DNA of 64,000 bases, taken from Podarcis melisellensis (taxonomy: Eukaryota). Made by a program: the position numbers and the translations under genes. The stretch lies in NCBI GenBank assembly GCA_964234715.1, contig OZ174288.1; one strand, 5' to 3'. The notes beneath the pieces were generated by a model that was given only the letters and a program-made list of their open reading frames with translations, did no database searches and was not told where the DNA came from. Below, in pieces: positions 1-11,276 of the stretch (position 1 is its first letter; every line of letters starts with the position of its first letter).

Positions 1-52
1 GGACAAATTCCTGGACAGCGTCACCCGCGTCCTGACCTCCTGCCACCGCTAG
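1..52 (+). CDS. HBA: 3' end of last exon of an alpha-type haemoglobin chain gene (partial, truncated by window edge)
   Basis: Frame starting at nt 2 reads DKFLDSVTRVLTSCHR-stop (TAG 50-52); 11/16 identical to the canonical alpha-globin C-terminus DKFLASVSTVLTSKYR with the stop at the same position; followed by AATAAA at 102. Paralog identity (alphaA, alphaD, other) cannot be fixed from 16 codons. Confidence 0.85.
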   Translation, partial: DKFLDSVTRVLTSCHR

Positions 53-101
53 GCAGGGCAAGACCGGCTCGCCCGGGCGCCCTCCCCGTCTTCTCCCTCC
101 T

Positions 102-107
102 AATAAA
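102..107 (+). terminator. Polyadenylation signal of the alpha-globin gene
   Basis: AATAAA about 50 nt after the stop, preceded by a C/T-rich tract (81-101); a second AATAAA lies at 253-258. Confidence 0.75.
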
Positions 108-1709
108 GCTATGGGCTCTTTCAACTGCAGCGCTGCGCCCTCACCTCTCTGGGGGGCGGCTGGGGGGGCTGGACGGCCCTCGACGGCGCTCCCCTCGAGG
201 CGGTCCGTAATGAATGTCACATTGCCCCGGGACCGGATGGTGAAGACTGGGTAATAAATGAGTTTATTCACCATCAAGCCTTTCCGTGCCTCGGGGAAGT
301 GGAGGACCGGCAAGCCTGCGGCTTTCCCCTCTACACCCCTGTGCTGAGAGAGAACAGCATAGAATCGCAGAATTGGAGGGCACTCCAAAGGTCATAAAGC
401 CCAACCCGCTGCAATGCAGGCACTGCAGTAAAGGGGGCATGGGATTTTTGTTGGGGGGGTAGGCCTTTTGTTAGGGGGAGCAGAACCCACGTTGGCTATG
501 CATTTATGTTGATTTCTATTGATTTAGGGGGGCAGCCCCTCTCTGGCCCCTCTTGGCTACGCCCATGAAAGGGAGGCTGCTCAAACCACCCCATCCTAGG
601 TGTTCTTTGCTTCCGCTCAATGATGGGGAGGCCAGCCCCCCCAAAAACATCCGCAGGCCGAGAAGGGCGCAGGGAGGTCTCCGCGCAGGCAGGGGGCGCC
701 TCAGGCTCCAGTCCTCCGAGATCGCGATGGCCAGAGCAATGGGGAAAGGCACGTGGCAATGGGGGGGGGCGCTGCCTCCTTCCCTATCTGCACCCAGCAG
801 CAGGCAGGCAGAAGGACCCCACCCAGGCAGCAACAGGCACAACCGCTCGGGGAGGGGCAGCAGGCCTTGGGGGGGGGGCGAGGACGACACAGATAAGGAG
901 GCCAACCCTGGGTGTCAACTACTTCTCCAGTTCCGGGGCAGGGGGGGGCTTTGTGCGAGGGTTGCAGGACCCCCCCAGGAAGCAGCGGCTCAAGGAGAAC
1001 GATGGGGACCAAAGGCCAGTTGTGGCCGAATGCTGATGCCGCCGCCTTTCCAGTTGCCCCAAGAAGGTGCAAAGGCCAGTTTGAGCTTTGGCGCAAAGAG
1101 AGGAGAGGGGGCCCGCTCCTCTTTCCCCACCTCCATGGAGTGGGGGCAGGGGCGACCATCCAAACCCCACCCCGAAGGGAAAAGCAGGGGGGGGAGGTAA
1201 ACACGTTTGGTTTTTAAAGCATTTTATTCATTTTCAAGAAAAGAATATAAACACAAATATGATCAAAACAATTGGTTTCTCCCCCCCCCCCAGAGCAGAA
1301 GACTATTATAGTGTCAAATTCTCCCATAAATCCATACACGTAGTTTGCGGGCGCCAGCCGTCAGAGAAGCTCAATTGAATGTTTTATAGAAAAAGGTGCC
1401 ATATTTCAACAAAACCACCCATATCCGAAGCATCGGTTCAGGGCATGTATTCTCTTAGCTTCTCAGATAAAGCAGTTTATACATTCTGCTTCCACTGTGT
1501 GATCTACAGGTGAGCTTCCTTTCTAGTCTCATGCTATAGGCAATCTTGCCACTACCAGAAAAAAGTGGCAAGTCCCTCTTGTGATAATTTGAGTATATTC
1601 AAATATTATTAATAAACCTAGACATGGGTTGCAATGTACATCCTGGTTTGTAATTTTGCTTATTTCTGCCAATGCAGTTTCCCAAAATGGTTGCACAAAT
1701 TCATATATC

Positions 1710-1863
1710 CATAGCTGTCAACTTTCAGATTTGGAAATAAGGGGTCAGCAGCCTCACCTGTCCCGGGGACAGTCTACGGGATATCTAACAATCCGGGATA
1801 GCAGCAGGAAACGGCGCTGGAATAAGGGAATTTCCCCCCCAAAAGGGAAGGGTGACAGCTATG
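1710..1863. mobile_element. hAT-type MITE (154 bp) nested in the L1
   Basis: Terminal inverted repeats CATAGCTGTCA...TGACAGCTATG; 8-bp target duplication CATATATC (1702-1709) / CACATATC (1864-1871), one mismatch. Confidence 0.8.
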
Positions 1864-2523
1864 CACATATCCATGACATATGGAACAATTTCTATGCCTA
1901 GGTCCTTTCCCCAATTTTGCTTAATAGTCAAGCATTGTTCAATGGCTATGTCAGTGAGTATTTTGCATAAAACCGATATTAGTTTTTGGGTGGGGGTGTT
2001 CAGTGATATTCAGAATCAGTTTTTTCAAATGTGAAAGGTCTAATTGCTTGAGATTCAGCTGTTGGGCTTGAGATAATATGTGTCACCTGATAGCCAATTC
2101 ACATTACAACCCTCAATTCTTTCCATAATTTGCTGTGAGAAAAACATCTTTTTTATAAAAGTGAATCAATCTGCACAAGCGTTTTTCTTTCCATTTCATA
2201 TCCATCAGTTTTCTATCAGACGTGTCGAAGGAGGGGTGCAATGCAAAGAAAATACGTAGAGGTGGTGCTGATTTTTATATCCAGGATCGCCAGATCTCCA
2301 ATTCTGCTTTTACAAATGGGTTTGTTATCATTACAAAAGTTTTGTTGTTATTCGAAAATGGGATGCCTGATATTCTGTGTTGCACAGGTTCATCTAATTT
2401 CAGTTGCATCCAAGTCTTCTCTTTTACACTGAATATCATACTAATGACATTCTATATATGGGCCACATCATGGTATGGTAGACCCATTTACCCTTCACTG
2501 AGAAAGCTGATTTAATACAGTTA

Positions 2524-2927
2524 CTGTATTTTTTGCCCCATAGGACGCACCTAGTTTTTTTGGGGGGAAATAAAGAAAAAAAATTTTATTTCCCCCGCAG
2601 GTGCTGGGCTGGGGCGGGGGAAGCCCGAGCTTCCCCTGACCCCAGAACAGGCTGCTATCCACAAGCCGTGGGAGAGCTGCGCGAAGCCCAAAGCCTGGGG
2701 CGTCCTGAGCTCAGCGCGCCCCAAGCTTCTGGTTGCAGGCAAGCTCTCCGCTAGCCCTGGGAGAGCTGTGCGACTTCGCGCAGCTCTCCCACGGCTAGCT
2801 TCCTGAAGCCTGGACCCCTCGCTCTCCAGGCTTCAGCGAAAGCCTGCATTCACCCCATAGGACGCACACACATTTCCCCTTCATTTTTGGAGGGGGGAAA
2901 GTGCGTCCTATAGGGTGAAAAATACGG
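2524..2927. mobile_element. Non-autonomous Tc1/mariner (Tc2-like) element nested in the L1
   Basis: TIRs CTGTATTTTTTGCCCCATAGGACGCAC ... GTGCGTCCTATAGGGTGAAAAATACGG, flanked by TA on both sides. Confidence 0.8.
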
Positions 2928-3713
2928 TAGGTGCAGACCAGGTCTCTTACTGTGATGACTCAAGCTTACATTCATTTATTTTTTTGCCATATCCTTAGAG
3001 TATTTGTTGAAATAGATAGGCTTTGAAACATATATATATATGTGGTAATATTATTTTAACCAATCCAACCTACCCTTTCAAGAGATTCAAGGTCCCTTGT
3101 ATGGTTTAAGTTTCTTAATTACTTTAGTTACATCTTTCAGCATTATTGGTACTACCAAAGAGAGCTGGTTCCATTTCGGAGATTTCACTGTTTAAATTTA
3201 TATGGAATTTAATACACCTGTGCAACAGAGCATCACATTTAAAAGTCCACAGGCATGGCATATGCACAGGGGGCGAGACAGCTCACACTCCCTGCCCCAA
3301 CTTCAAACAGCTCAATATGTTAAGGGTATTGAATTTTCTCTTGCAAAGATAAAAGAATGCCAGTTTCAGCTTTCCTTCACTCACTCCTTGCCATTTTCTT
3401 CACTTAGCATAATATATGAGATATAGTTATAAAAATTAAAAGTCAAACCAGTCAGTTTGCAGAAGAATGATGTTTCTAATTTCTTTAAGAAACTCTTGGG
3501 TTTCTTATTTCTCTTTGACCTCCCTTGCCATCCATATTGCCTGTTTCTCTCCTCCACCTGTTCTGTGTATTGGAACTCCAATTGTTCCCAAAGCTAGTTT
3601 GGCTTCAGCCAGAATGGTGACGATGGCTGGATCTACAGACGTCAAAGAAGCGATTAAGTTAAATGCGTTGTAAACTCATACAGGGAAATCAGGCAGGGAA
3701 AGACGGGACTCCA

Positions 3714-3731
3714 CAGCGCCATCTGGTGTCA
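3714..3731 (-). promoter_or_regulatory. CTCF-like motif
   Basis: Minus strand TGACACCAGATGGCGCTG closely matches the CTCF core consensus (CCACCAGGGGGCGCT). Confidence 0.55.
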
Positions 3732-3779
3732 CAGTCTTATATCGCATATACAACACTTTTCCTTTAGCTGAGCCCTATC

Positions 3780-5100
3780 AGTATTGCTATCTGCAAAATA
3801 AGTTTAAATGGGAAGCCCCATCTGTATTCCACCCCAGCAGCATGTAGGGTAGTATTTTTTGAGGTTTCTTTTTTGTAGTGGACTTTCTTCCCTTCCATGT
3901 TAAATTCCGTTCCTTCTCTTGCTACTTTCTCAATTGCTTCTTTGAAGGAGGAATGTGCCATTTTCTTCATATGCCTCCTCCATATGAAGTCTGGAGAGTA
4001 GCAACACCAGAACAGGGCCTTTTCTGCAGTGGCTCTCCGCTTGTGGAATGCTCTCCCCAGGAAGGTTCTCCTGGCGCTTTCATTATACACCTTTAGGCAC
4101 CAGACAAAAGCGTTCCTCTTTAACCAAGCCTTTGCCCTTTTAAAATGTGTTGGGGGGTGTTATTGGGTTGTTTTTGGCTTTACTTTGATTATGTATTTTG
4201 TGTTTTTATATTGCAATTTTATCCTGTGAACTGCCCTGAAATAATAAAAATTGTTGCTATTTTATCACAGGGTTGCTGTCTGGGGGGGGGGGGGCGGGGG
4301 GTGTTGCCAAAGCCTCATGCATTCTTTGTATGCAGTTTGCATTCACGCTTAAAAGTTAACGAAAAGGGCTTTCATACCTGTTTTCCGGAGCTCCTCCTTT
4401 CAGTCATAAATTATCCATTCTACTCCTATCCTCCCAGGACTCCACATGAAGTTGCAAGTCTGATGCAGTTCTAGTGAGTCTTTTAATGGTGGGTTTGTGG
4501 CATATTCCTAAATCCAAAGCTGAAGCAGGCAGTTCAGTAAATTTCGTAGGCAAGTCTTTCAATTCCATTTTTATTTTATCTCTAAAAACATTGAAGGCTG
4601 AATTCCTTTTTCCACTGCTAAATCTTTCTGTAATTGTTTTACAAGGTCATAGAAGGGCTCAAAGTCCTCTTTAGAAAGATGCGCAAGTTTCAGAGCCATT
4701 TCTGATCTCATTTCTTCCTGACCCATATCTGATCTTCCGCTGCCAAAGTATCTAAAGAAAAAATGCTCAGAAGGTATTTGGGGCAAGGTGGGCATAGCCT
4801 TTTAGCATCCTGTTCTTTCCCGGGTACCCTTTAGCTTTCAGAAGTTTGTAACAGCTGAGCAGTGCAGGCGAAGGGTTGAAACTAGAAGATTTAACAATCT
4901 TGAATGATGACATCACTACCCTCCCCAGAAAAGAAAAACGGAATAGAACTGTCCAGAACAGCTCCTCTTTGAAATGACATGTATTTCCTAGCAATTGGTG
5001 GAAAAGGCCACGTTTGTGTTACTGTGAAAAGTGTGCCTGCATTTACACAAGTAGCAGCATTGTGCAATTCTAAGGGGAACACCTTCAGAAGCTGAAATTG
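3780..5100 (-). mobile_element. Degraded L1 ORF1 remnants, with an L2 3' fragment inserted at about 3960-4250 (+)
   Basis: ORF 3764..4090 contains LHAAGVEYRWGFPFKL, typical of the L1 ORF1 C-terminal domain; coiled-coil-like ORF 4571..4795; 4015-4140 resembles an L2 3' end (GGGCCTTTTCTG..TTGTGGAATGCTCTCCCCAGG). Confidence 0.55.
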
Positions 5101-5527
5101 GCTACAAGAAACATTCACAGTGCCCAAGCAGAGCAGGCAAGGTTAGGGCAACTGACTGAAAAATTATCATTCCAACTTCTCCATCATATATATGACTTGC
5201 CCCCAAGCCACTTTGCTACCTTGAGTAGACAGATACATACCATCCTATGAGTCTGTCGTGAGGGCAGTGCCAAGTGATCACAAGTTCTTGGGAAACACAT
5301 GCAGGTAAATCCAGCCCACTTATCCCTCGGAAGAAAGAGCGTTTCCACAAAGTGGCACAAAGTGAATCGCGAAAATCGCTTCTCCAGATCTACCAAATTT
5401 AAGATGGCGCAAAGGAATCTCCAGTACAGGAAAACCGTTTAATATACAATTGATTACAGATCTGCAGTAACAAGTCAAAGTGAATGTGTATATTTACCTT
5501 CTATATACATATAGTATTTCACACATA

Positions 5528-5532
<5 letters not shown>

Positions 5533-5566
<34 letters not shown>
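5533..5566. repeat. (GT)n microsatellite
   Basis: Uninterrupted GT dinucleotide run. Confidence 0.95.
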
Positions 5567-5567
<1 letters not shown>

Positions 5568-8500
5568 TTTAGAGCCAGACATATGCAGGCTATTTACAGT
5601 TAAGCTACTGTAGTGAAGGACGGCCTTTGGCACTCCCAGCAAGCAAAACTCTGTGAAGCCACTGCCTCCTCCTCCTCCTTCTCCCCACCTGGTGTGGGGA
5701 GGGGCCTGCTCTTCCTTTCTGCAGGGAGGGCAAGACAATGTCAACCAGAGTAGTGGACGCAGAAAAGGAGGAGAAAGCTGGGTGGTTTTCTGCTCACACC
5801 TGCGCCCGCAAGTACAGAATTTGGGGCATTTCCCCATTGACGCCAATACTGCGTGGAGGCAATATTCCAGGAAAGCCCTTCTTCAAGGCAGACCAGGAGC
5901 TGATAGGCACCTGAAGGACAATACTGTGGTGTGTGTTTTTTCACAAAATGAAAGGAGTTTCAAGTTGCTTTCATCTTTTGCCTCTCCCAAGTTTCTCAGC
6001 ACACCAGGCTAAAATGATGAAAAATAGGGGAGGCTCGTTTGTGCATATCAAATACTGAAATAGTGTTGCATAGGCTGCCTAAAGGCTGGCACCCTTCTCC
6101 CCCCCCCCCCCCAGTAACTAGTAGTTTATTCAACACAAAGCCTCAGGGCCAGTAACAGCATTATCTCAAAACCAAATAAAAATATAAATACACATTAAAA
6201 TACAACCGTACATGTCTAAAACAACCCTGTAGATACTGCTGGTGAAGAACACCAGTGTGAACCGTCTTGGATGGTTTGCAGAGGAAGGACTCCCGTTCTC
6301 CACCAGGAGGAGCTTTCTGAGAAGGGAAAGTCAGGCTCCAAAGGACCAGCCCGACAGAAGGCCCCTCTCTCCAGCCCCCCCCACCCAGGGCTAAAGAAAC
6401 AAAAGGGTTGCTTTGCGTCAGCCAGGAAGAGAGAGCCAGAGGTGGCCTTGGACCCGCAAAGCTGCTTCCAGCATTTCCTGCTCAGTCACACCTGACCCAG
6501 GCCCAGGACTTGCCCTGTCCTACTGACCAATTCTTTCCAGTGGCTCTTCGCAAGTATGCAAAGCCCAGGCCGGTTAAGAGTTTCTGAATGGTATTGCCAT
6601 CAAAATAAGGAGTTGGCTTTAAATCATCAGGTCCTGAGAAGTGAAGAGCCAGGCTCCCTCTCCATGGCAGCAACCGGAGGGTGGGAAGAGGGGAGCATGC
6701 AGCCTCCGTGGCCCTAGAAGGGACCAAAGCCTTCAGCACCTCAGGGAACGGGCACCCTGGACAGAGGCAGGGGGAGTCATCCCGCGGAGACACGGCCACA
6801 GGCCTGCCACTCTGCTTGTTTAGGTGGAGTTCCCCTCCCCCATCTCGTTAAGGCTTTGGGCTTTTTATTACTTCTGTTTGTCCTCCTGACGTTGAGGCAA
6901 CAACCTTAAAGCTGCTGCCCCAAAGGGATGCTTTGGAGCCCTTGGTTTACATTGCTGCAATATTTCCAGGAAGTCATGTTTGGCTATGGCTACTGCAGAA
7001 GAAGGACACTGGCCCGGCCAGGCGGGAGAACGGCTGAAGTCAGAGAGAGGAAGGCAGGAGTGCAGCTGCGGTGCATAAACCAACCAGTATTTACACGCGA
7101 GATACACCAGCCTTAGGCTCATTTCTAAGAGGAGAAGCTAATGCCTCAGAGACCCAGGAAGTGCCTAGAAGAAATGCTTTCTGCTTTGTGATGCTTCTCC
7201 CCAGGTAAGTGGGGGGACAGGGCATATTGCAGGTATAGGCATGAGGAGCGTGGGATGGGGGGAGGAGAGAACGGGGAAGAGGCAGTAAAGAGCTCTGTGG
7301 GACACTCAGCAGGACACCAAGAGCTCCTCCTCCTACCAACTGGACCTGAGTGGGAATAAGTGCCCAGAATGCTGCCTCTCTGTGGGGCAGATGGAGGAGG
7401 AGGGGCTGGTGGCCACTGCCTTTCAGCTCACAGGAGGGGCAAGGAGAGGGTGGGCCTTCCAAGAGCAGCCAAAGTCACACAGGCGCATTTTCCTCCACCT
7501 TGCACACCCAGCCCTCAGATACCCCTCCAGCTCCTGTGGAAGAAAAAGGGAGGCCACCCATCTCATCATGTGGCTCTGCTAGGAAGCCAAATGGCAACAA
7601 GCCTCCAGTGACAAGTTAAAAGAGCCTTTGGAGAAGAAGCCAAGTGCATTGTTTCTATTTATATATAGTCAGCGGAAAGTAAGTTCTAAATAATTAAGTA
7701 GTTATTTAGTCCTTAAAAGGTGCTTTGTCTCATTGATTTCTGTAGGACTGAAGCAGGCCTCAATGAGTGCGGCTGAATAAAAAGCCTCATTTACTGCTTT
7801 CAGAGACCTTGGAGCACGGCAGGAGAACAGAACTTGCTCTCTTGGGGCACTTCCTTGTGCATCCCAAAACTTCGTTGCCAAGGAGTTGGCAGCAGAAGAC
7901 CTAGGCTTCTGCAAACCTCGCCTCCCCCTGCCTGTGCCCTCCGATATTTCCTTCTGCCACCCGACTTCCCAGCCCAACTCTAGGTAAAATATCTGTTTGT
8001 GGTGTGAGCAAGGCCCTTTTAGTGCCACGTCAATTAGCATCATTAGTTCCAGAGCCCTGGAAATAAGGCTTCTGCTGAAAAAACCCAAAATGACATCCCT
8101 GGCTCATGTCCAGCCCGATCTTCAAAGGAACAACTGCCTCCTTTGCATGCCACTGCTTGCTCCCTCACCAGGCGTGTGTATTTACCGCTAGGTAAATCAT
8201 CTTGCATTATTGCTACCAATGTAGCGCTCCAGTTTTATTGCTATAATTTTAGGCATGGTGTGATGAACCGGTGGCCCTCCAGCTGCTGCTGGGATTCCCA
8301 TCCGCCCCAGCAACGAGCCTGGCCGATGCGCAGGGGTGATGGGAATTGGAGCCTAGCAACATCTGGAGGGCTCCTTCAGGTTGCCCACCCTGCATCCACC
8401 AAGGCCTAAAGTACAGGCAACAAGCCTTCGGGGACCGTTCCACAGGCAAGCAGCAGAAGAGCTCCCTACTACCTCTGCGTAAGTATTTTGCCTGGCAAAT

Positions 8501-11276
8501 AAAATGCTTTTGGGGAGGTATGTGAAGAAGCAACGATATGCAAGATGCTTTGCAGGCAACGTCCCACTGCAGGAAACCCTGTTGTTGAGAGCAGCCCATG
8601 AATTCACACAAAGAGCAGCTGGGATGCTGCTATTTCAGCATCCAGGATGAAGCAGACACCAATCAGAGCCTTTAAAATTCAAGCTGAACATACCTTTCAT
8701 GTGCCCGGCCAGAGAAAGAGCAAGCCAACCCCTGCCCTATGACTAAAGACATCACCTGCCTGGCAGAGAGCAAGATACATTTGCCAAGGGCCTGAAGCAC
8801 CTACACAAATTTTAAAAAATGAAATAAAAGACTTCAACCATTTGAGCATTTTTTACACTGCAAAGAACTGGTCTTAGGAACATTCCCCCAAGACGGGGTA
8901 ATTGCAGTCTTTTTACAAAAGCAAAGACCCAAATTCCTTGTGGCTAGAAATCTGCAAGTTTCCAACAATTCTCACAACTGAGAGAAGCAGGTCACACATT
9001 AAGACAGTTGGCCCCAAAGCCTCTCATTCTCACAGGGCCAGATCCGCCACAAGCCACCATCCTTGCTGGCTATTATCAGTGTCCTTAAACTTCCCTCTTC
9101 TGACTTTTAGCTCTTGTGGAACCCCAGCTCTGTTCTGTATGCTGCAGATGGCCTGGAAACACCTTGGGACTAAATCAGCTCAGCAGTAGGGGAAACAGCA
9201 GTTCAGTCGAGAAACCAGAAGCTAGAATCCTGGCGATTACCTTCGGAAGTTTCTTTGATTTGACTGAGGCAAGAGAAGTTTACAAAATGATACTAATCTT
9301 CTGGAAAGCCCAACTCAGGGAACAGCCTCCTCCTACACATTTTATTCACAATTAAGTCCACTGCATACGCTGGAGTAAATGTGCTTAGAATTGCAGCCAC
9401 AGTGGAGGCTAGTACTGTACAGTACTTGGGGCTGAAGAAAGTAAGACTGTTTTTAACTACATACTGGGAACCGTTCAGCATTGTCCTCCTGGACCCAGCC
9501 TGCACTGGAAATTCACTACCCCTGTCTTGGTTCAGCCCCAAAGGCTTTTATCAAAAGATGCACGTATTACAGTGCTGCTCAGTGAGGGTGTCGGAATGTG
9601 AGACATACAGAAGAGAGTGGCCCACAGAAAAGGTATTCTATGTGCTATCAAGCAAAAGCCCCTTTATGATCATAAATTCCAGGGATGCTCTTAACAACTG
9701 AGCCAAAAGAGAGAGAGAGACTGGCTTAGTTTTAAAGAAGATTAGCATGCCAACAAAATAACAGAAGCGACCAGCTGATGAGAATGGTCATAGTTGTCCA
9801 TTTCACTCCAAAGGTCAGAACACAGGAGATGCTAGCTTTTTACTGGACCAATTTAGGTTGCAGGATAAGAAAGTGCAAGGGGAAGTATTCTATGAAACAA
9901 CAAACTTCCTAACCCTAAAGTACTTTAACCCTTTTCACGTCTTCTAAACTTGCAAAAAAGTAGAACAGCCCCTCCTTTATTCTGCATGTGTATTGTTGGG
10001 CAGATTTATGCTTGGCTACGTCACCTTTAGGTGAATCACAAAACCTGGCTGCATTAAGAGTCCAACGCGTTTGACTCTTCATTCAGTAATACAACAGGAG
10101 TGAAAATGCAAAAAAAAAAGAAAGATTGTCAACGGGAGTTCATTCTGACTGAATCCACACAATAAAGCGCCGAAGGCTTATGATCTCCCTACTCTTGTGC
10201 TTTTCAGCTCTGAACAGACTTCTCATTCCAACTCCCACAAAGGGCAAACACAGTAAGGGCGAAATATGTGCCCCAACCCTGCTAAGTCAGCCACGTCTGA
10301 CAGCTTGAGTGCTGTTGGCACCAACTGTGCCTAAAGAAAGGCTAGACTGAGTATGCAGACACGGTTAATGGGCACCTGCCTTACAATTGGCACCACTGCT
10401 TACAATCCCTACCGTCCCCACAAATACAGAATTAAGGGGGAAGGGAGGAATAAGAAGGAAGGGATAAAACCCCCATCATTTATTATCTTTCTCTTAGGCC
10501 TGACCAGATTGAGAGAAAACCGTTTCACCCAAATGCTCAGAAGTCCCTCCTGGCAGAGGTCAGAAGCGAAACACCTGAGGCTGAGATTGGCCACGCTTCT
10601 GCCGCTGGAGCACTGTGCAGCCAGCGCCAATCCCCACATGGCAGAGGCCTGTGGGGTGAATGGCAAGAGACCACACGTCCCAGAACACACAAGGGCACTT
10701 GAGTCTGATTATGGCAAGCAGAACAGCCCACGGATCACTTCAGGTAAGTGCTGGACTGCCAAGGCAAGCTCCCTGCTGCTCCTCCAGCTGCCCAGGGGGC
10801 AACTCTGCCAACTCCTCTCTCGCCTCACATCATCTTCCCTTAGTGGCTGTTTGTGTCAGTCAGGTAAACATGCATTTGTCTGTGTTTACATACAAAAGGC
10901 TTAACATAATAGGCAAAACAAAAACAAAATAGTAGTGCCAGTGAGAAACAATAAAAATGATATAACCACGGCTTATCCATCGAACGTATGGTCAACTTTG
11001 TGCCTCTGTTCCTAGACAAGGAGTCCAGCAGAGTCTATCTGAAGGCACTTGATGTCTCATCTCAGCTGAAAAACTGTTCCAAGGGGACCTGGGGGGTGAG
11101 AGAGGCACAAAAGCCCTGGCACACCAGTGACCCCCTCGGATCCCGTTGCCAAAGTGAAGTCAGATGTCAGAGCCGTCCAGCCACTCCCTCTCCTGCCCCC
11201 TCCTCCAGGAGAACACAGCCTGCTGAGAGCACCTGCGCTCTTGTAGACAGAGCAGACCACACAGCTCTCCAGCGCA

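Larger units (their letters stand above)
1210..3250 (-). mobile_element. Degraded L1-clade LINE, 3' part of ORF2 and tail (boundaries approximate), interrupted by two MITEs
   Basis: Minus-strand translation gives interrupted L1 post-RT motifs: EG*MGLP, EKTWMQL, NPFVKAELEIW, WGKDLG, HMSWIC, QPFWETALAEISKIT..NPCLGLL; many stops and frameshifts. Confidence 0.7.

Noticed and set aside
553-1200. 215-aa ORF and overlapping ORFs downstream of the globin
   Set aside because: GC-rich DNA open in several frames at once; no domain or splice structure.
3380-3700. Possible viral or unknown coding remnant on the minus strand (TIGVPIHRTGGG...)
   Set aside because: Multiple stops, no identifiable motif; lies inside the decayed LINE block.
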